From an uncultured archaeon (GTDB lineage Archaea; Thermoproteota; Bathyarchaeia; Bathyarchaeales; DTEX01): a stretch of DNA of 61,169 nt. The stretch spans positions 1 through 61,169 of the forward strand of contig CALKGV010000027.1 of NCBI GenBank assembly GCA_938091805.1, given 5' to 3'. The translations under genes and the position numbers were made by a program. Positions 1 to 9,631 of the stretch are shown in pieces (position 1 is the first letter of the stretch; the number at the start of each line of letters is the position of its first letter). The notes below the pieces were generated by a model. That model did no database searches. It saw only the letters and a list, made by a program, of their open reading frames with translations, and had not been told where the DNA came from.

Positions 1-87
1 CCTTTTAAGGTCAACGTCGCACCATCGTAATCTTAATGCCTCACCAATTCCCATCCCGGTTTCTTTAAGTTTTTGAAGGTGTGGTTT
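1..87 (-). pseudogene. Tyrosine recombinase/integrase fragment (box I region), runs off the window edge
   Basis: Manual minus-strand translation KPHLQKLKETGMGIGEALRLRWCDVDLKR matches the TGxRxxEAxxLxWxDVD motif, with the catalytic Arg replaced by Gly. An in-frame stop lies just upstream at 106-108. Confidence 0.7.
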
Positions 88-467
88 TATTTTGCAGTAC
101 ACTTTCTAGCCGAGAACGAGGAAACGAAGAGTAAGGCTAGAAAATTTTAGAGGATCTGCAGAAGGGAGGAAACATAGGGCTTGTTCCAACATTAGTGATT
201 CATGAACTATATAAGTTTGAGATGGAGAATTTCAGAAGGGACATAGCAGACATTAGGATAAACGTTGTTTTAAGGTCGAATCTTAAAACCGTTAATCTAG
301 ACTCACCTATAGCTACTGAGGCTGCGGAACTTAGATGTAAACATAGGGATCTACTCCTGGCGGACGCTATTATAGCGGCCACAGCGCTTGAAACATCTTC
401 GGGCTTCATCCTAACCAATGACACTTACTTCAAAGAGATTAAGGAGATCAAAACTGGATGGATATAA
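73..467 (+). pseudogene. vapC: PIN-domain (VapC-like) toxin, frameshifted/5'-truncated
   Basis: ORF 195-467 has PIN C-terminal motifs (ELY, ADAIIAATA, ILTND). The upstream part (..FLAENEETKSKARK / ILEDLQKGGNIGLVPTLV) is split by a 1-nt frameshift in the A-run at ~141-144, and the N-terminal Asp motif is missing. Confidence 0.7.
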
Positions 468-654
468 AGGTTCAATGTAAAAGTATGTTACTTAACATTT
501 TAGTGCGCAATGAACTAATTTACTTATAAAATATCCAGCATACACTTCGCTGAGAAGAAGAAAAAGCATAAGACTGATGTGTCAACAGTAAGTATGCGTT
601 AAAAGTTTCAAACTTAATTATAAATATACGCTTATTTATAAAATTGTTCTAGAC

Positions 655-1716
655 ATGTGCTATGAGCGCGCTTTAGCAGCTTTGAATCTTGAGGAGAGCG
701 ATAAGGTTGCCCAAGTTGAGTTTCTGCAGCACACAGATTTCATCACTAAAGTCTCAGGGTTAGACCCTTTCAAATATCCTGAGACCGCTTTAAGTAGAAC
801 TTACGAAAAGCTCGACCTTGACATGATATGGTTTACATACGACCCCCTTAATCCATGGGATTTTGTTAAACTAATGGGCGAAAGATTCGTCGATAGAAAG
901 GATTCGTGGAGTAAAGCGTTTCCGAGCACTTGGAGAGAAACCTTCAGCGTAAGATCTGTTGATGATATATTAAACTTCGATCCCTTTAAAGCATGGAGTA
1001 TACCGAGCTTAGATGAGCTAACGGAGCGTTTTCAAGAGGCTCACAGTAGGGCTCAACGTATTTATAAGAGTCAGCTTGTTCCCGGAGGCACTTATCTCAC
1101 ATGCTTTATGTGGCTTGTCATGGCTTTCGGACTTAAGTGGGCTGTCAAAGCCGCTTATCAAGATCCTGAACGGTTCAAAAGGCTTCTAGACAAGTTCGGT
1201 GAGCTCAGCCTGCTGCAGGCTAGAGCTTGGGCTCAAACAGACATTAAGGCTTTCATAAGCCATGATGACATATGCTCAACGCAGGGACCATTCTTCCCAC
1301 CGGAATGGATGCGTAAACACTTATTTCCATGGTATAGGAGATTGTGGAGCGAGCTTAAGTCTAAGGGTATCATAGTGCTCTTCTGCACTGATGGCAACAT
1401 GACTCCTATAGTGGATGATATAGCTGAGGCGGGTGCTGAGGGCTTCATAATAGAAGAATGCTGCAACTTGGAGCATATAGCTGGGAAATATGGGAATAGC
1501 CACGCAATAATTGGAGGGGTTGATATAGGCGTATTAACCTACGGCGGAATCAGCAGCGTTATAAAAGAAGTTGAGAGATGCTTAAGAGCCGCCGGTTCAT
1601 ATCCAGGCTATTTTATCAATGTTTCAGGATCTATACCTGATAACGTCCCAGTAATAAACCTTGAAGCGTATTTTGAAGCGTCCAATAAATATAGGCGTAG
1701 ACCGCTTAGAATATGA
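655..1716 (+). CDS. Uroporphyrinogen decarboxylase/MtaA-CmuA family protein
   Basis: HDDIC..GPFFPPEW, FCTDGN, IIGGVD and SIPDNVP motifs of the URO-D-like TIM barrel. Confidence 0.8.
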   Translation: MCYERALAALNLEESDKVAQVEFLQHTDFITKVSGLDPFKYPETALSRTYEKLDLDMIWFTYDPLNPWDFVKLMGERFVDRKDSWSKAFPSTWRETFSVRSVDDILNFDPFKAWSIPSLDELTERFQEAHSRAQRIYKSQLVPGGTYLTCFMWLVMAFGLKWAVKAAYQDPERFKRLLDKFGELSLLQARAWAQTDIKAFISHDDICSTQGPFFPPEWMRKHLFPWYRRLWSELKSKGIIVLFCTDGNMTPIVDDIAEAGAEGFIIEECCNLEHIAGKYGNSHAIIGGVDIGVLTYGGISSVIKEVERCLRAAGSYPGYFINVSGSIPDNVPVINLEAYFEASNKYRRRPLRI

Positions 1717-1866
1717 AGCAAATATGAGGATTAATGGGTCAAACATGGACCGCCTGATCCCAGCGTTTACTAAGATAACCAAATCTCATTTTATAAATTG
1801 CGCCATTTCTAAGCGGCTAAACCTTTTTTAGTTTTAATGCTGCTTAATAGATTTTGGTGCATTGCT

Positions 1867-2664
1867 GTGAAGATTATGGTGTGCGGTAAGGGCGGTTCGG
1901 GAAAAACGGTCTTAACGGTCTTAATGGCTAGGGTTCTTCTCTCGGAGAACTTTAAGGTTTACATAATTGACTCAGATGAATCTAATGTTTTGCTGCCAGC
2001 ATTTTTAGGTGTGAAACCGCCTAAACCCCTAATTGAGTATATTGGCGGTAAAAAAGATGAGGAATTTTTGGAAAGGATTTTTCCTGACATAGTTAAGGCG
2101 CTGGCTAAGGCGAAGGAGGGAATAAGGCTTGATCTACTGCCGCCTGAATACATGTCGATATCAAATGAGGGGGTGGGATTGGTTGTTATAGGTAAAGTTA
2201 GAGAATACGGCGAGGGATGCGCATGCCCATTCAACGTGGTAACGAGAGCCCTGCTTGGCAACCTATACTTGAATGAGGATGAGGTTGTTCTGGTTGATAC
2301 TGACGCTGGGGTGGAGCATGTGGGCAGAAAATTGGAGGAAGTCTGCGACGGGCTGATCATAATCGTTGATCCCACGGCTGAATCTCTTGAGCTGGCTCTA
2401 ATGCTGAAAACTATAGCACAAAACCTGGGAAAGAAATTTTGGATAATAGCGAATAAGGTGACGGAGGATATTGAAGGATCGCTGAGGGAAGAGGCCGCGA
2501 AACTGGGTTTAAAGATCGATGGGATCGTGAGGTTCGATAAGGATCTGTATGTCTCTTGCCTAAGGAAAGAACCTCTAAAATCAAATATGGCAGCCTCAGA
2601 TTTAAGAAGTATAATGAGGAAACTTGAGATAAGTGGCGCATGCTCATCTAAAGAGAATCGTTAA
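1867..2664 (+). CDS. cooC: CooC/AcsF nickel-insertion ATPase (CODH/ACS maturation)
   Basis: GKGGSGKT deviant Walker A, DSDE, GEGCACP Ni-binding CxC, DTDAGVEH; probable GTG start at 1867. Confidence 0.88.
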   Translation: MKIMVCGKGGSGKTVLTVLMARVLLSENFKVYIIDSDESNVLLPAFLGVKPPKPLIEYIGGKKDEEFLERIFPDIVKALAKAKEGIRLDLLPPEYMSISNEGVGLVVIGKVREYGEGCACPFNVVTRALLGNLYLNEDEVVLVDTDAGVEHVGRKLEEVCDGLIIIVDPTAESLELALMLKTIAQNLGKKFWIIANKVTEDIEGSLREEAAKLGLKIDGIVRFDKDLYVSCLRKEPLKSNMAASDLRSIMRKLEISGACSSKENR

Positions 2665-2678
2665 GAGGAGGTTTTTTG

Positions 2679-2879
2679 ATGTGTTTACTGAAAGTTTATA
2701 TTGAAAGCAGCTCCGCAGATAGAAAGCTCGTCGCTCAAAACGTCGCTTTGGTGCATATGGAAGGCAAATCAGTTAGGCTTATAGATGTTGAATCAAAAGA
2801 GGCAACTTTAACAAATGTGGAACCTCTATTAATCGATACTCTAAATTCGATATTGATCCTAAAAAGATCTGATTCTTAA
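2679..2879 (+). CDS. cooT: CooT-family nickel-binding protein
   Basis: 66 aa, starts MCLLKVY (Cys2), beta-rich, directly after cooC, preceded by a GAGGAGG RBS. Confidence 0.75.
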   Translation: MCLLKVYIESSSADRKLVAQNVALVHMEGKSVRLIDVESKEATLTNVEPLLIDTLNSILILKRSDS

Positions 2880-3123
2880 CAATTTTCTCCTTAAAAACAG
2901 TTCCCTCGATCTATTAGTCAATTTTATGATTTTATTTTTTCAAAAAAATCAATTTTTTTAAAAAATATTTTATCTCTTTATTTTTAAACTTATCTTTTCT
3001 AATTTTGACTAAAATTTTCATCATTTAAGTTTAATAGCTTCCCAATCGAAATATTTATAAAAAAATAATTGAAATATCTTAAAGATAAGGAGAATTAGCA
3101 CTGTATGCAGCATCGGCGCATCA

Positions 3124-3549
3124 ATGCATCCAACATTAAACGTAGAAAAGAAACGGTGGCTGCTCAACTTGGGCGTCCACATTATTGCAGACTTCCTGGG
3201 AGTGGACCCCGGAAAGATAGCGAAAGTAGAGGACTTACGTCCCATTTTGGATAGAGCTGTCTCTAAATCTGGCCTTCACGTCATTTCCTCAATTTTTCAT
3301 CAGTTTGAACCTTTCGGTGTTTCTGCCGCGTATGTTTTAAGCGAGTCTCATTTAAGCGTTCATACATGGCCGGAGTACGGCTACGTTGCTTTAGATATAT
3401 TTACCTGCGGCTCCGATGAGTGCGCTTTTAAAGCTTTTGATTTACTTATTGAGGAGCTTAAGCCTAAGATTGTAGAGAAGAAGGTGCTTAGAAGGGATTA
3501 TTATGAGAAAAGTCAGAGATCAAATGCTTATCAGCCTTTTGAAATCTAA
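3124..3549 (+). CDS. speD: S-adenosylmethionine decarboxylase proenzyme
   Basis: HQFEPFGVS, ESHLSVHTWPE pyruvoyl cleavage motif, DIFTCG; true start may be downstream. Confidence 0.93.
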   Translation: MHPTLNVEKKRWLLNLGVHIIADFLGVDPGKIAKVEDLRPILDRAVSKSGLHVISSIFHQFEPFGVSAAYVLSESHLSVHTWPEYGYVALDIFTCGSDECAFKAFDLLIEELKPKIVEKKVLRRDYYEKSQRSNAYQPFEI

Positions 3550-4555
3550 GAAGAGCTTCTGGGAGCTGCTTGATGAAAGCCAATGCTTAGTGAAGGATTT
3601 TATAACTGCCTTAAATAATCTTTTCAGGGAAGGGCTTATAGGCGTGGAAGGAAACACCGTCTATATAACTGAGAAGGGCTTAAAGGAAGTTAATGGAAAC
3701 ATTCTGGATTTTAAGAGCGAAATATGTGATAAATGCGGGGGCAAAGGGCTTATTCTGGATGGGAAATTTAAATATGTTTTTGAAGAGTTTAAGCGCATCG
3801 CTGAAAAGAGGCCTCCCCCAAATGCGTTTTTCTTTCAAGGATATATGCGTGAGTACGATGTAATATCTAGAATTGCCCTAATGCATAAGTATAATGATTT
3901 AGCTGATAAAGACTTCATACTTATTGGGGATGACGACCTATTAAGTGTGGCTTTAGCCCTTACAGAGCTGCCCTCAAGAATTTTTATCTTGGATATTGAT
4001 GAGAGACTAGGGGATTTCATAAAAGCCATAAGTAGGGAATATAGGTTTGAAATAGAATTCCAGAAGTACGATGTCTCAAATCCTCTACCGAAAGATCTCA
4101 GAGGCAGCTTTGACGTTTTCTCCTCAGAGCCGCTGGAAACTCTAAGCGGGCTAAAAGCCTTCATATCTAGGGGTGTAGCATGCCTAAGGGAAAACGGCGT
4201 CGGATACTTTGGGCTGTCAACAGCTGAGGCGTCGTCAAAGAAGTGGATGTCACTTGAGAAGATGCTTCTAAGAATGAACTGCGTCATAACGGACATAATC
4301 AAAGATTTCTCAAGATATAAGACGCTCTATGAAACAGTTAGCTATGAGAACTTTACTACGAAGCTGAAATTTCAAGTAGAGATGAACCCTGGAATCTACT
4401 GGTATAAATCATCACTATTTAGGTTTGAGATTATAGGTAAGCCTAAACTGTTCGTGAATCCGGATAAACATGTAACCGTTATATACGTTGATCGGCGTGA
4501 AGATATAACTAACCCATTTCTGTACGTTAATGCTAAGAAGCCTAGAGCATGCTAA
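3503..4555 (+). CDS. bpsA: Branched-chain polyamine synthase (N4-bis(aminopropyl)spermidine synthase)
   Basis: CxxCxGKG, FFQGY, IGDDDLLS, DIDERL, YDV.NPLP, SEP.ET motifs; overlaps speD. Confidence 0.88.
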   Translation: MRKVRDQMLISLLKSKKSFWELLDESQCLVKDFITALNNLFREGLIGVEGNTVYITEKGLKEVNGNILDFKSEICDKCGGKGLILDGKFKYVFEEFKRIAEKRPPPNAFFFQGYMREYDVISRIALMHKYNDLADKDFILIGDDDLLSVALALTELPSRIFILDIDERLGDFIKAISREYRFEIEFQKYDVSNPLPKDLRGSFDVFSSEPLETLSGLKAFISRGVACLRENGVGYFGLSTAEASSKKWMSLEKMLLRMNCVITDIIKDFSRYKTLYETVSYENFTTKLKFQVEMNPGIYWYKSSLFRFEIIGKPKLFVNPDKHVTVIYVDRREDITNPFLYVNAKKPRAC

Positions 4556-4648
4556 AAATAGATTTAAATAACCGTGAGAAGTAAACTTAAAATAATTGAA
4601 TGACTTGTTTTAAACAAGTCTAATGATCGTGATGTTGGAGGATGAATA

Positions 4649-5974
4649 ATGAGCAAGCCTGAAAAACCGCATTTGAACGTGGTCATAATCGGACATGTAG
4701 ATCACGGAAAATCCACAACGATGGGCCACTTCCTATATCTCACTGGCGCAATCGATGAGAGAACAATAAGAGCCTATGAGGAAGAGGCGAAGAAGCTGGG
4801 CAAGGAGACCTTCAAATACGCTTGGGTGCTGGACAATTTGAAGGAGGAGCGGGAAAGAGGGCTGACGATAGATCTGCGTTTCCTAAAATTTGAGACTCCA
4901 AAATTCTTTTTCACCATAATAGACGCGCCGGGACACAGAGACTTCGTGAAGAACATGATAACTGGAGCAAGCCAAGCGGACGCCGCGGTTCTTTTTGTTT
5001 CAGCTAAGAAGGGAGAATTTGAAGCAGGCATAGGCCCAGGTGGACAAACTAGAGAGCACGCTTTCCTAGCCTTTACTTTAGGAGTTAAGCAGCTAATTGT
5101 TTGCATCAACAAAATGGATGATCCCTCAGTTAACTGGAGTCAGGAGCGCTACAATGAAATTAAGAATGAAGTGAGCCGCATGCTCAGGCTCGTTGGCTAT
5201 AACGTTGCCAAGATTCCATTTGTGCCAACTTCAGGATGGATGGGTGATAATCTGGTTAAGCCAAGCCCGAACATGCCATGGTATAAGGGTCCAACGCTCT
5301 ATGAAGCTCTTGACATGTTCGAGATGCCGCCTAAGCCGATTGATAAGCCGCTAAGGATACCGGTGCAGGACGTGTATTCAATAACCGGCGTTGGAACAGT
5401 GCCCGTTGGACGCGTTGAAACCGGCGTGCTGAAAGAGGGCGATAAAATAGTAATAATGCCATCTGGAATAATGGGCGAAGTTAAGTCGATAGAAACCCAT
5501 CATACAAGAATACCGAGGGCTGAGCCTGGTGATAACATAGGCTTCAACGTTAGGGGCATTGCGAAGACCGACATAAGGAGAGGCGATGTCGTCGGGCCTC
5601 CTGAGAATCCACCAACAGTAGCTAGGGAATTCATAGGGCAGATAATAGTCATATACCATCCGACAGCTATAGCCGCCGGATACACGCCTGTGCTCCACAT
5701 CCATACGGCCCAAGTTGCATGCAGGTTCGCGGAGCTCTTGAAGAAGATTGATCCCAGAACAGGCCAGACGATTGAGGAGAAACCGTCCTTCCTCAAAACT
5801 GGAGACAGCGCGCTTGTTAAATTTGAACCGTTGAGGCCAGTATGCCTAGAAGTCTACACGGAGTTTCCAGAGCTAGGGAGATTTGCTGTACGAGATATGG
5901 GAACAACTATTGCTGCCGGCGTGGTGAAGGAGATAACTAAGAAGGTGGAAACGGCGCCTAAAAAGGTTGCATAG
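4649..5974 (+). CDS. tuf: Translation elongation factor aEF-1 alpha
   Basis: [52 protein letters not shown]. Confidence 0.99.
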   Translation: MSKPEKPHLNVVIIGHVDHGKSTTMGHFLYLTGAIDERTIRAYEEEAKKLGKETFKYAWVLDNLKEERERGLTIDLRFLKFETPKFFFTIIDAPGHRDFVKNMITGASQADAAVLFVSAKKGEFEAGIGPGGQTREHAFLAFTLGVKQLIVCINKMDDPSVNWSQERYNEIKNEVSRMLRLVGYNVAKIPFVPTSGWMGDNLVKPSPNMPWYKGPTLYEALDMFEMPPKPIDKPLRIPVQDVYSITGVGTVPVGRVETGVLKEGDKIVIMPSGIMGEVKSIETHHTRIPRAEPGDNIGFNVRGIAKTDIRRGDVVGPPENPPTVAREFIGQIIVIYHPTAIAAGYTPVLHIHTAQVACRFAELLKKIDPRTGQTIEEKPSFLKTGDSALVKFEPLRPVCLEVYTEFPELGRFAVRDMGTTIAAGVVKEITKKVETAPKKVA

Positions 5975-6059
5975 TGAATAGGGAAAACCCGGCTTTTCAA
6001 GCCCTTTATTTTTTAATATTAACTTGAAAATTACGTTAAAAGAGGTTTCCGAAGCATCT

Positions 6060-6602
6060 ATGAGCGAGGAAAAGATTGAAATAATATATTTCTACTCGGA
6101 TTTATACGAGAGTAAGCGAAATCTCCTCCCAATAGTGCGGAAACTCCGAAAAAGAAAGAACTTACAAATACGCCTAGTTAATGTTGAAGATCCGGAAAAT
6201 GAGGAATTAGCAGAGGTCTATGGTGTAAATAGCGTTCCGCTTGTTGTATTTTTGACTCCAAAGGGTGAGATAGCGGCTAGAAGAAGCATGCCGCTTTCGG
6301 AGATAACGATCATAAATGAGATCACCAATCAAATCGTTAAGGGAGATCTGCCTAAGCCGCACATTAATGATCTCAGGAGAAAAATTTTGGAATCATTCAA
6401 ATCGATTCCGATGAGAAACGATCTGACCTTAATAATGGTTGACCAGGTTAAAAACGACATACTTGAGGCAGATTCAGAATCGGAAATTTATGACGCGCTT
6501 AGCTTTCATGTAAGCACGATAAATCACACGATAAATGATCTGGAAGAGTTCAAGAGAATCTTACAGAAATACATGAGAAAACAGCAGGATTTCATAATTT
6601 AA
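6060..6602 (+). CDS. Thioredoxin-fold protein lacking CxxC, with helical C-terminal domain
   Basis: YFYSD...VNVEDPENEELAEVYGVNSVPLVVF Trx-like pattern with cis-Pro motif; no Cys. Confidence 0.6.
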   Translation: MSEEKIEIIYFYSDLYESKRNLLPIVRKLRKRKNLQIRLVNVEDPENEELAEVYGVNSVPLVVFLTPKGEIAARRSMPLSEITIINEITNQIVKGDLPKPHINDLRRKILESFKSIPMRNDLTLIMVDQVKNDILEADSESEIYDALSFHVSTINHTINDLEEFKRILQKYMRKQQDFII

Positions 6603-6616
6603 TCCGGATTTTGCAA

Positions 6617-7390
6617 TCATCCAATGTAGGATATTTTTTCCTCTTCGATCCTTCGAATCTCCCTTTCAGCGGCTTTTCTCTGCTCTTCTATCTTCCTCAT
6701 TTTTTCCTCCATCTCTACAATCTTAGCGATTTCCTTATCAATATCGGTCAAGTCCAGCTTAAGGTTCAGCATTCTCATGAGAATTACTAAAATGCTTTTT
6801 GCAGCTTTAGGGTCAGGTATATAGCCGGGCGTCTCACCTAGGAGGCATACGCCCTCTATACCTTTAAATTTCGCTAGACCTAGTAGCAGCCCAGCCGCCC
6901 CAACTACTGGATTTCCAGGAGGGTTAATTAGCGACCCAGCCTCCAAGGCCTTCTTAAGCGCCTCCGGGCTTGTCGCTGAGGCTAGCACTTGCGGCGTGTC
7001 AACAACGTCCCTTCTATATCCGCCCACAGTTATGAGCATACTGACATTTTTCTTGCTTGCAAGCTCAATTATTGAGTCTGCAACTTCATACTGCCCCTCA
7101 ATTGTTTGAGCTTGGCTATCGCCGGTCAAAAGTATTAAGTCACATCCTCCAGCATCATTCTTCCAGTAGTAAAACTCATTATTTAACAGTTTAATGCTGC
7201 CCTTATCATTCACTAGGACATAGTACGCGAAGTGAGGCGAATAAAGTTCAGCGAACTTTTTAGCCTTTAATTGTTTTATTAAATACTTAACGGTTATCTT
7301 ACCAACCATCCCTAACCCTGGAAGGCCTTCTATAAGGATGGGATTTTTTAATTCAACATCCTCTTTCTCTACTATTATCGTTTTCCTCAT
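6617..7390 (-). CDS. PAC2-family proteasome assembly chaperone
   Basis: IEGLPGLGMVG, GDSQA, CLLGETPGYIPDPKAA; conserved position after nop10. Confidence 0.92.
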   Translation of the reverse strand: MRKTIIVEKEDVELKNPILIEGLPGLGMVGKITVKYLIKQLKAKKFAELYSPHFAYYVLVNDKGSIKLLNNEFYYWKNDAGGCDLILLTGDSQAQTIEGQYEVADSIIELASKKNVSMLITVGGYRRDVVDTPQVLASATSPEALKKALEAGSLINPPGNPVVGAAGLLLGLAKFKGIEGVCLLGETPGYIPDPKAAKSILVILMRMLNLKLDLTDIDKEIAKIVEMEEKMRKIEEQRKAAEREIRRIEEEKISYIG

Positions 7391-7550
7391 TCGCCATGCT
7401 CCTTAAAACGCTTTTATATTTAGCGTATTTATCATCTGGAGAGAACTTTGCTGGATGAGGTACACTTACTTCTCCACCGCAATAGGGGCATTTATCCTTC
7501 TTGAGCGTGTATTTTCTGCATTTCACACATCTTCTCAGAAGCCAAACCAT
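7353..7550 (-). CDS. nop10: H/ACA RNP protein Nop10
   Basis: CxxC..YTLK..CPYCG..PHPAKFSPDDKY. Confidence 0.96.
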   Translation of the reverse strand: MVWLLRRCVKCRKYTLKKDKCPYCGGEVSVPHPAKFSPDDKYAKYKSVLRSMANEENDNSRERGC

Positions 7551-7552
7551 GA

Positions 7553-8353
7553 TTATTTCCCACTTTGAGCTTCAAATGATCCCTGCCCTCCTAATTTAGT
7601 TATTGTTTCTATCGCGGTTTTTGCCACTCTGCTTAGTATGGCGTTTGCTTCCTTATAGTCTTTGGCGTTAACCTCAATTTGATATTTAGGCGGGGCTATC
7701 ACATGTATCTTGACGTTCGATCCGTGCGTTGAACCGCTCTCTTTAGCCTTCAACAAAGACTCCTTTATTTTCAGAATCCCATCCGGTTTTGTGCATGTTA
7801 GATTTAATATGCCCCTAACTTTAACAGCCGACGGTTTAATTCTTTCTTTAGCGATTTCGGTCAGAGTTTCAGCGATATTTTTGGGCACGCCCACCTTTAA
7901 CAGTGCCTCAACGCCGTCCCTGGCAGCGGCCTCTAATCCCCCGTAAATATCGCTAAATGAATCCTCGAGGACTCCGCCAACTTTATCATATAACTCATCA
8001 AGGGGCATCCCAAGTTTTTGAGATGCACTTCTGAGCAGGCTTTCCGCCTTCCTACTTCTCTTCCAAAGCATAAGTTTTTCTCTTTTCTCACGCTGTGTAA
8101 CCCTTCTAAGCGAGAGATCTATTTGATTCTTCTCCGGATTAACTCTTAAAACCTTTAGTACGAGCTTCTCTCCTTCACGAATATGATCACGGATATTTCT
8201 TATCCAGCCTGAAGAAATTTCCGATATGTGGAGGAAACCGTCTTTTCCATACTCATCCAGCGTGACATATGCGCCGTACTCTGTTATCTCATTAACGGTT
8301 GATATGACGAGTTCCCCAACCTCAGGCCACTCGTCACTTTTAGATGCAGACAT
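7553..8353 (-). CDS. eif2a: Translation initiation factor aIF-2 alpha
   Basis: WPEVGELV S1 domain, GFLHISEIS, IDLSLRRV, APPKY. Confidence 0.97.
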   Translation of the reverse strand: MSASKSDEWPEVGELVISTVNEITEYGAYVTLDEYGKDGFLHISEISSGWIRNIRDHIREGEKLVLKVLRVNPEKNQIDLSLRRVTQREKREKLMLWKRSRKAESLLRSASQKLGMPLDELYDKVGGVLEDSFSDIYGGLEAAARDGVEALLKVGVPKNIAETLTEIAKERIKPSAVKVRGILNLTCTKPDGILKIKESLLKAKESGSTHGSNVKIHVIAPPKYQIEVNAKDYKEANAILSRVAKTAIETITKLGGQGSFEAQSGK

Positions 8354-8367
8354 ATTTTCCTATGCAC

Positions 8368-8565
8368 CTACTCAAATATATTCACTATCTCGCCTTTAAC
8401 GTTCGCTTTCCCACCGGTGGGTTCAGCCAGTGTTGATCCGCAAATATTGCAGCGCACGATCGATGCCACGCTACTAAAGATCACCTGTTCATTTCCGCAG
8501 TCTGGACATTTCACATGGAGAAAGAAGCTTCTCGGCTTCGGTATATTTCTCTCCCAAATCTTCAT
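8368..8565 (-). CDS. rps27e: 30S ribosomal protein S27e
   Basis: [32 protein letters not shown]. Confidence 0.97.
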   Translation of the reverse strand: MKIWERNIPKPRSFFLHVKCPDCGNEQVIFSSVASIVRCNICGSTLAEPTGGKANVKGEIVNIFE

Positions 8566-8589
8566 TTTAACACCTCATTAAATGCTTTG

Positions 8590-8865
8590 TTACTCTATCG
8601 TCATCTTCTTTAGACGTATGCCCTCTCTATGAATTACGTGTCCACAGTCCTTACACTTGAGCTTCAACGCTTGCTTTTTAGTTGTTTTCGCTTTACGTCT
8701 AAGTATCGGATATTTCTGCCCACCATAACCCTTCCTCTCACGTTCATGAGCGCGCTCACCTTTAGCAAGGGCTCTACGCCTGCCCTCCTTATATATGGAA
8801 ACAGCGTGTACAGTATGCTTATTGCATTTTGGGCAATGCGTAACTATTTCTTTAGGCACGTTCAT
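8590..8865 (-). CDS. rpl44e: 50S ribosomal protein L44e
   Basis: CPKCNKHT, GYGGQKYP, KTTKK..LKLKCKDCG; ATG at 8865. Confidence 0.97.
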   Translation of the reverse strand: MNVPKEIVTHCPKCNKHTVHAVSIYKEGRRRALAKGERAHERERKGYGGQKYPILRRKAKTTKKQALKLKCKDCGHVIHREGIRLKKMTIE

Positions 8866-8889
8866 TGAGATCACGCCGCGCAATCATCA

Positions 8890-9507
8890 TCAATTTTTGT
8901 AATAAAAGCAACATGGAAGTTTATTTAAATCTTTTGAGCGCCTCACCTTTAAGTTTTCGACGCCGTGAAAGAGCGGGGGACCGTAGCCTTCTTCCCTAAC
9001 GTAGGGGATGGTTTCCCCCCTCTTAGGCGCTATTTTCGATCCAATGTAGGCGGCTAATATTGATGTTACTGGAGAAATCAAATACATAAGTACATCAAGT
9101 AATGTTGGTACATAATTTATATAGAGTGATGCCAGCGACTGATTGGCTGCATAAAGTGATCCTAGAATCATGCCGGCAACTATGGCATCGGTGAAAAGAT
9201 ACGTAACCATTGAAACTATGGCGGCGTCCTTCAGCCCCCTGGTTCCAGAGAAATATATGACGATTAAGGAAGCGATGAAATATGGCACAAAGTATAATTG
9301 AACATCAGCGAAAGATAAGAGAGATGATATGGTCAGTGATAGGAAGGAGCCTAGTAAACCTAACGTTATAGGCCTCGCCATAGACTCTGAAGGAGCAACC
9401 TGCCTTTCCTCAGCTCTTCTGACAGGAGCTCCGCAATTAGGGCAGAAAAGCGCGCCCTCAGGCAACTTAAAGCCGCATCTGCTGCAATTAGGCATCTGGG
9501 TCACCAT
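8890..9507 (-). CDS. Zinc-ribbon domain membrane protein
   Basis: CSRCG..FCPNCG N-terminus followed by about 4 hydrophobic segments. Confidence 0.7.
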   Translation of the reverse strand: MVTQMPNCSRCGFKLPEGALFCPNCGAPVRRAEERQVAPSESMARPITLGLLGSFLSLTISSLLSFADVQLYFVPYFIASLIVIYFSGTRGLKDAAIVSMVTYLFTDAIVAGMILGSLYAANQSLASLYINYVPTLLDVLMYLISPVTSILAAYIGSKIAPKRGETIPYVREEGYGPPLFHGVENLKVRRSKDLNKLPCCFYYKN

Positions 9508-9631
9508 CCTCCCTTAAGAATGGGCATTAGCACTATAAAAACTTCATGCATAGCGATCTAACTTCAATCGATGTCTTTATATTCGTCTAACCATTTCCTC
9601 ATACTGTTAATTGAAGAGCACGTGATTATAT

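Noticed and set aside
2880..3100. Very AT-rich tract as a replication origin
   Set aside because: No ORB-like repeats recognised and no cdc6/orc1 gene nearby.
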